Assembly (NCBI GenBank): GCA_964578605.1
Contig: CAZODO010000001.1
Coordinates: 70,348-134,347, forward strand
Reading direction: 5' to 3'
DNA from: an uncultured Verrucomicrobiota bacterium
GTDB taxonomy: Bacteria > Verrucomicrobiota > Verrucomicrobiia > Limisphaerales > SIBE01
DNA length: 64,000 nt
The notes under the pieces: generated by a model
Databases searched by the model: none
Told to the model about the DNA's origin: nothing
Seen by the model: only the letters and a program-made list of their open reading frames with translations
Part shown: positions 45,958-54,867 of the stretch, one piece after another
Position numbering within the stretch: the stretch's first letter is position 1
Layout of the letters: the number at the start of each line of letters is the position of its first letter
Made by a program: the position numbers and the translations under genes

Positions 45958-47712
45958 TTGGTGGGGCGGCGGGATTGGTTCCCGGCGTTCGGCTTTCCCT
46001 CGTTTTGGGTTGAACGCTTGAACGCGACCTGGATTCAACGCACCCTGTGGAGCCGCCACTTTTGGGCGGTGCTGTCGGGGTTGGCCCTTGCCGCCTCCTT
46101 TCCCAAGCTTGGGATTGCCGGTCTTGCCTGGGTGGCGCCAGGGTGCCTCCTGTTTTCGGCTCTGGGCCGGAGCGGCGGCGAGACATTCCGGATCGGGTTC
46201 TCCGGCGGGCTGGCGTACGCGTTGGCAGCGCTGTCCTGGCTTCTTTACATTCCTTTCCCGCCGGGCGCCATTTCGGGCTGGGTGGCCTTGAGCGCCTATG
46301 TGGGTTTCTATCTGGCTTGCTGGGTCTGGTTGTCCTGGAAGCTCTTTGATTCATGGGGCAGGGCTGTCCCGGAACCGCCTGCGCCTGAAACCGCCGCGGG
46401 ATGGGGGAACGGCAAGCCGCTCGCCGCCTTTTTCCAAACTCCGCTTCCGCGACGAATCCTATGGGCTCTTGCCTGTGCCGTCCTTTGGGTTGGTTTGGAA
46501 ATGCTGTTGGCGCGGTTGTTTACCGGGTTCCCCTGGAACTTGCTCGGCGTCTCGCAGCACCGGATCTTGCCTGTGATCCAAATCGCCGCCGTCACGGGCG
46601 TGCATGGCGTTTCGTTCTTGGTGGTCTGGTTTTCGGTCGCCCTGGTGATCAGCGTGCTTCGGATGGTGCTGCACCCGACCCAGACCAAGGCCTGGGTCCT
46701 CGATCTCATGGTGCCTCTGGTGGCGTTGCTGGCTGTGCTGGCCTGGGGCTCGGCTCAACTGGGCAGCCAACCGCTCGCCAACCGATCCGTCAAGGCCGTG
46801 CTTGTCCAGCCGAGCATTCCCCAGACGTTGATCTGGGACCCCAGCCAAAGCGCGGCACGCTTCGAACAACTCGTGCGCCTTTCCGAGCGCGCCCTGCAGA
46901 GCACGCCGGGCGCGCAATTGCTCATCTGGCCGGAAGCGGCGGTTCCTCAGATGCTTCGCTACCACGCGGAGATCTACCGGGCGGTGACGAATTTGGCGGG
47001 AGCGCACGGAGTCTGGATCATCCTCGGGTCTGACGATGCCGAGCCCCGGCCTGGAGGCACCGAACGCGAATTCTCCTACTTCAACAGCAGCTTCCTTGTG
47101 ACCCCCAGGGGCGATATCGCCGGCGCTTACAAGAAACGCCGCCTCGTGATCTTTGGCGAGTATGTCCCCTTGGAACGATGGCTGCCCTTTATGAAGAAAC
47201 TCACGCCGATTGGCGGCAGTTTCACCGCCGGAACCGGCGCGATGCCCTTCCGGATTCCTGAGCTGAATCTCAAGCTCTCCGTGCTGATCTGTTTTGAAGA
47301 TACTTTCCCCCATGGCGCCGCCGGTGATGTCCACGACGACGTGGACTTCCTGTTGAACCTGACCAACAACGGCTGGTTCGGCGAAAGCGCGGCCCAATGG
47401 CAACATGCCGCCAATGCCGTCTTTCGAGCGGTGGAAAACCGCATCCCGCTTGTTCGATGCGCCAATAACGGCCTCACTTGCTGGGTGGATCCGCGCGGGG
47501 TCATGCATGACGTGTATTTCCCAGGAACACGCGACATTTACGGTGCGGGGTTCAAAGGGGTCGATGTCCCCGTGCTGGATGCGGGCGAACGCCGGCGGTT
47601 GACCTTCTACACGCGGCACGGGGATTGGTTTGGATGGCTCTGCGCAGGTTTGGCGTTGGGCTTGACCATCCGCCCATCTCTCACCTGGGCACAACGAAAG
47701 TTCCGGCGTTAG
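45958..47712 (+). CDS. lnt: Apolipoprotein N-acyltransferase
   Basis: N-terminal polytopic membrane region plus a CN-hydrolase domain with IWPEAAV (Glu), YKKRRLVIFGEYVP (Lys) and VLICFEDTFP (Cys). TTG/GTG start assumed. Confidence 0.85.
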   Translation: MVGRRDWFPAFGFPSFWVERLNATWIQRTLWSRHFWAVLSGLALAASFPKLGIAGLAWVAPGCLLFSALGRSGGETFRIGFSGGLAYALAALSWLLYIPFPPGAISGWVALSAYVGFYLACWVWLSWKLFDSWGRAVPEPPAPETAAGWGNGKPLAAFFQTPLPRRILWALACAVLWVGLEMLLARLFTGFPWNLLGVSQHRILPVIQIAAVTGVHGVSFLVVWFSVALVISVLRMVLHPTQTKAWVLDLMVPLVALLAVLAWGSAQLGSQPLANRSVKAVLVQPSIPQTLIWDPSQSAARFEQLVRLSERALQSTPGAQLLIWPEAAVPQMLRYHAEIYRAVTNLAGAHGVWIILGSDDAEPRPGGTEREFSYFNSSFLVTPRGDIAGAYKKRRLVIFGEYVPLERWLPFMKKLTPIGGSFTAGTGAMPFRIPELNLKLSVLICFEDTFPHGAAGDVHDDVDFLLNLTNNGWFGESAAQWQHAANAVFRAVENRIPLVRCANNGLTCWVDPRGVMHDVYFPGTRDIYGAGFKGVDVPVLDAGERRRLTFYTRHGDWFGWLCAGLALGLTIRPSLTWAQRKFRR

Positions 47713-47762
47713 AGGACTCACCCAGCAAGCAGCCGACGCCCGGAGGGTCAACCGGGGCGCCG

Positions 47763-47781
47763 GCAGAGCGCTCTGCTATTT
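47763..47781 (+). terminator. Possible terminator: palindrome GCAGAGCGCTCTGC followed by TATTT
   Basis: Located in the 101-bp convergent spacer between lnt and the cupin gene. The stem is short. Confidence 0.35.
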
Positions 47782-47813
47782 GCGGTGTGTTTCACGAGGC
47801 CGGACCAGCCGTC

Positions 47814-48203
47814 TCACCCACGTTCCGCCGGCGCGGAGTCGTCTTCGGTCAGAAGGGTGTCGGCATGCTCGTACGCAGGGGCGCAACAGCAAAGCAACCG
47901 GAGCGTTTCCGGCCCGGTGTTCCACAGCTTGTGCTTCTGTCCCGGGCGAATGGCTATGGCATCGCCCGCCGCAACCTCGCGCACCTCGGCATCGATGCGG
48001 ATGCGGCCGGTGCCGTGGGTGATATAATAGATCTCTTCGGCCACGGGATGATAGTGCTCCTGAGTAGCGCCGCCGGCAGGCAGCCGAGCCTCGGCCAAGC
48101 TCTGGTTGCGGATGGACGAGTTCCGGTGCGCCAGCAGTTCGCGGATTTCCGAGCCGTCCTTGGTGATGAACGGCTCCGTCCTGTGCAGGTTCACGATTTC
48201 CAT
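47814..48203 (-). CDS. Cupin-domain protein
   Basis: QEHYHPVAEEIYYITHGTG fits cupin motif 1 (HxH...E...G), with AIRPGQKHKLWN as motif 2. 129 aa. Confidence 0.8.
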   Translation of the reverse strand: MEIVNLHRTEPFITKDGSEIRELLAHRNSSIRNQSLAEARLPAGGATQEHYHPVAEEIYYITHGTGRIRIDAEVREVAAGDAIAIRPGQKHKLWNTGPETLRLLCCCAPAYEHADTLLTEDDSAPAERG

Positions 48204-48268
48204 AGCGACGATATTAACCTCGGAGCCACCCGGCCTCGCCAGTCTTTTGCTCCGGGAGCCCGTTCGGC

Positions 48269-48685
48269 CTATTTCCTGTAAACCAGGATCATCCCCTCGT
48301 TGTTCATGGTGAAGGTATTTCCGTGAACCGTCCCTTGGGTCATTCCAGCCCCCTGCCAGCGCATGGTGAGCTTGGCGCCATTTTGGGTGTACGTCGCACT
48401 GACCTCTCGTGAAACCTCTTTCCCGGGAGTGGGGCAGAAGACAGTCTTGGTGCTGCAGGTGCCATCCGTATTGATCGTGAACGTGCCGGAGCGCAGTTCC
48501 AGGTTATGACCGTCATGAGAGACGGTGGTGGGAACCGGCTTGCCATCAGCGCTGACCAGAGCGTAAACGCCCACCGGATCCGCCGCGTCTGCCTGCGACG
48601 TATTGTGCCTGCACGCGGCGAGGAGCAGTCCAAGGGGGGTAAGACAGCAAACTCGGATGAGAACGAGTGACCAAACAGTTTTCAT
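48269..48685 (-). CDS. Small lipoprotein (hypothetical)
   Basis: MKTVWSLVLIRVCCLTPLGLLLAAC has a lipobox (LAAC). Start moved to ATG 48685. Confidence 0.7.
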   Translation of the reverse strand: MKTVWSLVLIRVCCLTPLGLLLAACRHNTSQADAADPVGVYALVSADGKPVPTTVSHDGHNLELRSGTFTINTDGTCSTKTVFCPTPGKEVSREVSATYTQNGAKLTMRWQGAGMTQGTVHGNTFTMNNEGMILVYRK

Positions 48686-48841
48686 GCTGGCAGTAAAGAC
48701 CGAGTCCCAGCGAACGTCTATCGCATGCGTGCATAGAGTTTTTCTATGCAGGCCGCCACCAGGAACGGCGTCTTGGTCCAAGCGGGCCTCACGCTTATCG
48801 GTGGCGAGCAAGAGCAAGGGTAAACGCAGCCGGGCGAGACG

Positions 48842-48856
48842 GGAACAATTTGTTCT
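48842..48856. promoter_or_regulatory. Palindrome GGAACAA-T-TTGTTCT (site B)
   Basis: The 17-mer ACGGGAACAATTTGTTC at 48839..48855 is identical to 22690..22706. Further TGTTC words occur at 49022 and 49032 (TGTTCTCAT occurs twice). Confidence 0.4.
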
Positions 48857-48942
48857 CATCACGGCAATATGTTGAGCGCCAAAATCTTAACACCGCTGAT
48901 GACTTTTTGGCAGCAGACTGTGCGACATTTGCAGTAATTCTG

Positions 48943-49004
48943 CCCATGAACCTCAAAACAGTTGACTTGGTTACCAACCACTTGCGCGTTTTGAGGTTCA
49001 TGGG
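48943..49004. repeat. Perfect 17-bp inverted repeat CCCATGAACCTCAAAAC-N28-GTTTTGAGGTTCATGGG
   Basis: Read directly from the sequence. The 28-nt spacer contains TTGACT and the near-palindrome TTGGTTACCAA. Confidence 0.85.
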
Positions 49005-49139
49005 CGCAGTGAGCGCAACGCTGTTCCGGGGTGTTCTCATTTTGCTCAGAAAGGGCAGGGCCGGAGCGCCGGGCTGGCCCCTTGGGAATAGGGAATTCAA
49101 ATCACCAACGGTGGGCCGAGCCGACCCGCCCAGTCTAAA

Positions 49140-50267
49140 ATGAGCATTGCTGATTGGACTTTGACTTCGAGAGCGAATGGCCGCTATAAATCGCGCATGG
49201 AGGTTCTGCTTCATGCTCAGTCACCCTTGGCAGGCGTTTGGCGGCTCTTGCCCGCGCTTGAATCCACGCCTGGAATCTTGAGAGCGGCTGTGTTCTGGCG
49301 AAGGGCACGGCAAGGAGTTCAGAGGCGCAGTGCGGACGGTCGTCGACGGCGTTTCGCGGCTGCGATTGCAGGGGCAGTTTGCGCTGGGCTGATGGTTGAG
49401 GCCACAGCGGCCGAGAGGTTCAGCTTGGCCACCTATAATCTGGAGAACTACATCGTCGTTCCAGGCGGGTCGCGCCCGGTCAAGCCCGCGCAGAGCCGGG
49501 TGCTAATTCGTGAAAGTATACGCGCCATGCACCCGGACGTTCTCGCGCTCCAGGAGATTGGGAATACGAATGCCTTGTTCGAGTTGCGTTCGGCGCTGAA
49601 ATCAGAAGGCCTGGAATACCCTTATTGGGAGCATGTGAGCGGGTTCGACACCAACATCCAGGTGGCGGTGCTGAGCCGGTTTCCCATTGTGGCGCGGCGT
49701 TCGCATTCGAAGGAGGGCTTTCTCTTGAACGGCCGCCGGTTCCGGACTTCACGGGGCATTGCGGAAGTGGAGATTCGCGTGAATGAGAAGTATGTGTTCA
49801 CGCTTTTCGTGGCGCACCTCAAATCGAGAAGCCCGTCGGCGGTGGCGGATCAAGCGGATCTCAGGGAGCAGGAGGCCCTGATCCTGCGTGAACTGGTCGA
49901 AGCACGGCTTCAGGCCCGCCCTGATGGCAACCTGGCGGTGGTGGGTGACCTGAACGACGTGAAGAACTCCCCGTCCACGCGGGCGGTGACCGGCAGGGGG
50001 AGGCTGGGCTTGGTGGACACCCGGCCGGCGGAACGGCAGGGCGGTTCGCGGAGCGCGTCTCAACCGACAGAAGCCTTGCGCAAGGTCGTGTGGACACACT
50101 TTTACGGTGTGGAAGACACCTATAGCCGGGTCGATTACATCCTGGTGAGTCGCGGCATGGCGCGGGAATGGGATGCCGCGAATAGCTATGTGCTCGCCAT
50201 GCCGAACTGGGGTTTGGCATCGGATCACCGTCCCGTGCTGGCCAGTTTCACGGCGGCGGACAGGTAG
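49140..50267 (+). CDS. Endonuclease/exonuclease/phosphatase (EEP) family protein, probably exported
   Basis: FSLATYNLENY, DVLALQEIGN and the C-terminal LASDHRPVLASF signature. There is an Arg-rich hydrophobic N-region (RRRRFAAAIAGAVCAGLMVEATA). The start is uncertain (49140 or 49197). Confidence 0.8.
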   Translation: MSIADWTLTSRANGRYKSRMEVLLHAQSPLAGVWRLLPALESTPGILRAAVFWRRARQGVQRRSADGRRRRFAAAIAGAVCAGLMVEATAAERFSLATYNLENYIVVPGGSRPVKPAQSRVLIRESIRAMHPDVLALQEIGNTNALFELRSALKSEGLEYPYWEHVSGFDTNIQVAVLSRFPIVARRSHSKEGFLLNGRRFRTSRGIAEVEIRVNEKYVFTLFVAHLKSRSPSAVADQADLREQEALILRELVEARLQARPDGNLAVVGDLNDVKNSPSTRAVTGRGRLGLVDTRPAERQGGSRSASQPTEALRKVVWTHFYGVEDTYSRVDYILVSRGMAREWDAANSYVLAMPNWGLASDHRPVLASFTAADR

Positions 50268-50285
50268 CAGGTCCTGAGACGGGGG

Positions 50286-51983
50286 CTATTCGGTCGGTTC
50301 GGCGTTCAAGGGCGACGCTTTCCATCTGTCGTTCCGGCGCCGGGGATGCGCGGTCACCCAGGGGACTCCCAGGCCGCGCAAACGGGCGATCCACTCCGAG
50401 CGCGTCCAGTAGAGGACCCAGAACACGTTGTTAAGCAGCGCTATGGCAGCCCAGAAATAGACGCGCTCGTTAAACTCGTATCGGCGATATCCCAGGGGCC
50501 GCCATTCGCGCCAAAAGGAGTGCCAGAAGGGTGAGGCGACAAGATACGCCACCCACGGGACCAGGAGGATGCAGCCGAGGCTCTTTAGCAGGACTTCATT
50601 GATGCTGCGCGCCCGCAGGCTCAACCGCACCGATAGGAACATTAACGCAAGCATATCCGCCACCAGCACCGCTTGCACCGGGAGGAGCACACGCATTGGA
50701 AAGGCAGTGCGGAAAGTCACAAGCTCGATCAGGCACAACGCGAGGACCGGCATGGCGAACTGGCGGAGGACAGCCCTTTGTTGACCCTCGATAATCCGCT
50801 CAGTGGTCAAGGGGGTGGAAAGGAGAAGTTCCAGCGCACCGTTCTTCCGGTCTTCGATGACCCGGTGACACACTTCCGCGACGAGCCAGACCTTGAGAAA
50901 GGTATGCACGAGCATCCCCGTGGGAACCAGGGGGTAGAAATCAAACATGACATCCTGATGCTGCAGATATCCACCGCACCAGATTAACACCATGCACGCC
51001 AGGAAGAACCAGGCGTAGCCTTGCTTGAGGCGGTCTCGGCTGACGAGCCAGAGGAAGGGGTTGCAGCCCAGCAGACGGACGCGTCGCGCTTTGCGTTGCT
51101 CGGGGTTTCCGTAGGCCCACAAGCGCCAACGCGCCACCAGATCCAATCCGCGAAAGGAACCCGCCGTCCGGGGACGATCCTTCCAGACCGCAGGCAGGAT
51201 TCTCGCCGTGAGCAAGAGAGCCGCCCAGGCCATCAAGTGAACCAGAGCCACTGAGGTCCAAAAGAGGGCGGCTGGAATGGTGAAGGGCAGGGGGCCCAGG
51301 CCCGCCGTGGGCAACGAAAGCAGAAACGGAAAGACCGGGTTTAGAATCAATAGCGGGAGCAGAATATAGAGGTCTTCCGGGCCGTGGAGAACCTCCAGGA
51401 CAAGCACGACGAAAAAGGCAAGCACATACGGCAGCAAAGAGAGGCCGAATACCACAACGAGCGTGGCAAAGATGGCCTTGCGATCATTGCGGCTCAGTGA
51501 CGAAACCAGCATCCCGATGCTTAAAGAGAAGAAGAGGGCATTGAGCAGAACGACCACCATTCGCCCAAATTCTGCCAGAGTCACTCCTCCCAGAAGGATA
51601 GGCAGGGCCAGGAAGGGCATGACGGCAAGCAAGGCGTAGAAGGAATTGACGGAACTGGCCACCAGCTTGCCGAGAACCACATCCATCCCTTTCAAGTCCG
51701 TGAGAAAAAGGAGGCCCAGCGTGCCCTCCCGTTTCTCCTCGCTGACGCAATCTGCTGTGACCCGCGCGCCCAGCCCCAGGCAGAAAAGAAAGGCTAACCC
51801 CGACAAGAAGTAAAAGAGCACTTGACCTTGTGACGCCAACGTCGGGTTGCTCTCAGAGTATCCCCAGGTGAGCCACGCGACCAGTAGCATGGCGGCAAGC
51901 GCCGCCCAGAGGCGCGTCCGGAAGGTGGCCTTGCGGCGCCCCGCGACCCTGAGCTCACGACCCACGATGGGAAGGACGATCAT
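50286..51983 (-). CDS. ABC-2-type permease-like polytopic membrane protein (no adjacent ATPase)
   Basis: MIVLPIVGRELRVAGRRKATFRTRLW is an N-terminus typical of ABC-2 permeases. About 12 or more TM helices. Start moved to ATG 51983. Confidence 0.6.
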   Translation of the reverse strand: MIVLPIVGRELRVAGRRKATFRTRLWAALAAMLLVAWLTWGYSESNPTLASQGQVLFYFLSGLAFLFCLGLGARVTADCVSEEKREGTLGLLFLTDLKGMDVVLGKLVASSVNSFYALLAVMPFLALPILLGGVTLAEFGRMVVVLLNALFFSLSIGMLVSSLSRNDRKAIFATLVVVFGLSLLPYVLAFFVVLVLEVLHGPEDLYILLPLLILNPVFPFLLSLPTAGLGPLPFTIPAALFWTSVALVHLMAWAALLLTARILPAVWKDRPRTAGSFRGLDLVARWRLWAYGNPEQRKARRVRLLGCNPFLWLVSRDRLKQGYAWFFLACMVLIWCGGYLQHQDVMFDFYPLVPTGMLVHTFLKVWLVAEVCHRVIEDRKNGALELLLSTPLTTERIIEGQQRAVLRQFAMPVLALCLIELVTFRTAFPMRVLLPVQAVLVADMLALMFLSVRLSLRARSINEVLLKSLGCILLVPWVAYLVASPFWHSFWREWRPLGYRRYEFNERVYFWAAIALLNNVFWVLYWTRSEWIARLRGLGVPWVTAHPRRRNDRWKASPLNAEPTE

Positions 51984-52070
51984 CCGTTCTTGAATGTAGC
52001 TGGAAACGACAAATTGGACAGCGGTTCGTGCCGAAGCGCACGTCCGCATGAGAGCTTTGAATCGGGCGGG

Positions 52071-53204
52071 CTAAACCAGGTGCTTGTAAGCCTTGTCGGC
52101 CGCCAGTTTCGCGACCAGTTCCTTGACCTTTTGCGATTGGCTCTTGTCGGCGAGGAGGGTGGCGTCGTCGCTCAGGACAAGAATGGCGTCGCGCACGCCA
52201 ACCACGGCAATGGGCGCGCGGTTCCTCGTGCGGGCGTCGACGATCAGATTTTGAGCGGCATCCACATGGACGAGCTCCGCCAGCGCACAGTTGCCGTCGG
52301 TATCGGGCTTGAGATGGCGGGCCAGCGCGTTCCAGGAACCGAGGTCGTCCCAAGCGAAGGCTCCGTCGGCCACAACGACATTCAGCGCCCTTTCCATAAG
52401 CGCGTAGTCGATGGAGATCTTCTCTAGCCCCGGGTAATCCTTGGCAAGGATGCGGGTGAGCTTTGCCGGATCTGAGGCAGCGGAAGACCAGCGCTGGCAA
52501 GCCTCGAACAGGGCGGGTTGGTGCCTCCGAAGGGCCGCGGTGATCGTGCCAACCGACCAAACGAACATGCCGGCGTTCCAGCGATACTGGCCGCTCTTCA
52601 AATAGGCGGCAGCGGTTTCGAGATTCGGCTTTTCCACAAACTGCTCTGCGCGGAAGAAGCGGGTGCGATAGGGCTTAGCCCCTCGGGGCGGAGGCATGGG
52701 ATTGCCCACCCGGATATAGCCGTATCCAGTCGCCGGTTCGGATGGGCGGATGCCAATGGTGACGATGGCCTGTTCACGCTGCGCCAGGTTCAACGAGTCG
52801 GTCAGCACACGCTGGAATTTCCGCTCCTCAGGGATGACATGGTCCGCGGGGATGACGGCCATGACAGCCGTTGTGGAGCGGGCGCCGACGAGCGCCGCGC
52901 CCAGGGTCACGGCGGCGCAGGTGTCGCGTCCGATCGGTTCAGCGACGACGTTGTGTTTGGGCAGGAACGGCAGTTGTTTGCGGACCTGCTGCGCCTGGAC
53001 GGCATTCGTGATGACGAAGATGTTCTCGGCCGGCACCAGCGGTGCCACGTGATCATAGGCTTGCTGAAGGAAGGAACGCGTCCCGAGAATCGTGAGCAGT
53101 TGCTTGGGTCTTCTCTCGCGGCTGAGCGGCCAGAAACGTTCGCCCCGCCCGCCCGCCATGATAATAACAAAACGATCAGCCGGACTGGTCTTGGTCTTGC
53201 TCAT
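52071..53204 (-). CDS. manC: Mannose-1-phosphate guanylyltransferase
   Basis: FVIIMAGGRGERFWPLSRERRPKQLL nucleotidyltransferase motif. 377 aa, without a PMI/cupin extension. Confidence 0.85.
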   Translation of the reverse strand: MSKTKTSPADRFVIIMAGGRGERFWPLSRERRPKQLLTILGTRSFLQQAYDHVAPLVPAENIFVITNAVQAQQVRKQLPFLPKHNVVAEPIGRDTCAAVTLGAALVGARSTTAVMAVIPADHVIPEERKFQRVLTDSLNLAQREQAIVTIGIRPSEPATGYGYIRVGNPMPPPRGAKPYRTRFFRAEQFVEKPNLETAAAYLKSGQYRWNAGMFVWSVGTITAALRRHQPALFEACQRWSSAASDPAKLTRILAKDYPGLEKISIDYALMERALNVVVADGAFAWDDLGSWNALARHLKPDTDGNCALAELVHVDAAQNLIVDARTRNRAPIAVVGVRDAILVLSDDATLLADKSQSQKVKELVAKLAADKAYKHLV

Positions 53205-53997
53205 GTTTGACAGCGTCGATGAGGGGTTTAACGAACTCCTTCACACCGGGGACGAGTTGTGCCGAACGCCCAAATTGAGCGACTTGATTCACGATGGCGC
53301 TGCCTACCACCACGGCATCGCCATGGGAAGCCGCCGCACGCGCCTGGTCCGGAGTGGAAATGCCAAAACCGATCGCCACCGGCAAGGTGGTATGCCGGCG
53401 AATGGCCGCCATCATGGCGCCCAGGTTGCTCGCAAGGCTGTCGCGCATGCCGGTCACTCCTTCGCGCGACACATAGTAAACAAACCCGGAACCGTGCTCC
53501 ACAATCCGTTGGATTCGGCCCTCAGGTGTGGTGGGAGCTACCAGGTAGATCGCGCAGAGACCCGCTTGGCTCATCAATCGCTCGTATTCGCCGCCCTCTT
53601 CCGGCGGCAGGTCCAAGACCAGCAAGCCATCCACGCCTGCCTGGGCAGCGTCCTGGATGAACGCCTGCACACCATAACGGTGAACGAGGTTGTAGTAGAT
53701 GTACAAGACGATGGGGATTGCCGAGTCGCGCCGGATCGTCTGGACCGTCTCAAGCACTTTTGCGGGAGTGGTGCCGGAGGCCAGCCCGCGCTGGGCGGAA
53801 AGTTGGTTGACCACCCCGTCCGCCAAAGGGTCGCTAAAGGGGATGCCCAACTCCAGCACGTCCACACCCAATTGGTCGAATGCCAGCGCGAGTTGCCGGG
53901 TGGCTTCGAGGTCGGGGTCGCCCGCGCCCAGGTAAACGATAAAGCCCTTCCGGCGCCTGGCTCTTAAGGTTGAAAACCGTTCCGCGATACGATTCAT
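53176..53997 (-). CDS. trpA: Tryptophan synthase alpha chain
   Basis: LELGIPFSDPLADGVVNQ TrpA signature. 273 aa. The 3' end overlaps the manC start by 29 nt. Confidence 0.9.
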   Translation of the reverse strand: MNRIAERFSTLRARRRKGFIVYLGAGDPDLEATRQLALAFDQLGVDVLELGIPFSDPLADGVVNQLSAQRGLASGTTPAKVLETVQTIRRDSAIPIVLYIYYNLVHRYGVQAFIQDAAQAGVDGLLVLDLPPEEGGEYERLMSQAGLCAIYLVAPTTPEGRIQRIVEHGSGFVYYVSREGVTGMRDSLASNLGAMMAAIRRHTTLPVAIGFGISTPDQARAAASHGDAVVVGSAIVNQVAQFGRSAQLVPGVKEFVKPLIDAVKHEQDQDQSG

Positions 53998-54048
53998 CCG
54001 CGCTGGAGTTTCCAGGTTCGACCGGAGACACGCAAGTGCGAACCGGGA

Positions 54049-54867
54049 TTAACGGCGTGATGGAAGCGACCGCGATGGAACGGCCTTCGCGCGGGTCGAG
54101 GGTCGTCGAGGGGCCTCGTCGGGGGCGTGGGCTTTCCAGGTGAGTCGAAGCCCTTCCAGTGTCAGGAGCGGATCGACCGCGGTGATCTCCGGGACTTTGG
54201 CTGCGATCAGTTCGGCATAACCTCCGGTGGCAACCACGGGGAGCTTTCGGCAGTCCAGTTCCCGCCTTAGTTCGCGGACCAATTCGCGGACCAGCCCGCG
54301 GTATCCGTGCACGGCGCCAATCTGCATCGCTTCCCGGGTGCTCTTGCCCACCACCGCCGTGACGTCGCGGATCTGGATGCGGGGGAGCAGCGCCGTTTTC
54401 TCATGCAGATACCCGGTCATCGCGGCCAGGCCGGGAGCGATAATGCCGCCGGCGTAATCGCCCTTGCGATCGACCACGTCAAAGGTGACGGCAGTCCCAA
54501 AGTCGACCACCACGGCGGGCGCGCCAAAGTGCCGCCGGACCGCGAGCGCATTCGCCAGGCGGTCGGGACCGATCGTCTCCGGCTGCGGATAATCGATGCC
54601 GAGGCCGCGGAGCGTCCGGTGAGTGAGCTCGACAAGCCGCACGTTCCAATCGCGGGCCATTTGCCTGACGAAAGGCGTGGCACGTGGAACGACACTGCAA
54701 AGGCAAATGCCGGTCAACGCTCGGCGTCCGGCGAACCTGGCCACGCGCGCGGGTGCGCCACCGCGTGCCCAGGTGGACGTTGGAATCTCGGCGCCCTTGA
54801 CGACACCTTCGGCATCTCCGAGCCCGAGGTGCGCATGGGTATTGCCGATGTCCAGGAGAAGGATCAT
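54049..54867 (-). CDS. coaX: Type III pantothenate kinase
   Basis: MILLLDIGNTHAHLGL and VVVDFGTAVTFDVV motifs. ATGA overlap with birA. Confidence 0.88.
   Translation of the reverse strand: MILLLDIGNTHAHLGLGDAEGVVKGAEIPTSTWARGGAPARVARFAGRRALTGICLCSVVPRATPFVRQMARDWNVRLVELTHRTLRGLGIDYPQPETIGPDRLANALAVRRHFGAPAVVVDFGTAVTFDVVDRKGDYAGGIIAPGLAAMTGYLHEKTALLPRIQIRDVTAVVGKSTREAMQIGAVHGYRGLVRELVRELRRELDCRKLPVVATGGYAELIAAKVPEITAVDPLLTLEGLRLTWKAHAPDEAPRRPSTRAKAVPSRSLPSRR

Noticed and set aside
48908-48923. Sigma-54-like promoter TGGCAG-N5-TGTGC.
   Set aside because: The GG-to-GC spacing is one nt longer than the strictly spaced -24/-12 consensus (TGGCAC-N5-TTGC), and the -12 element is imperfect.
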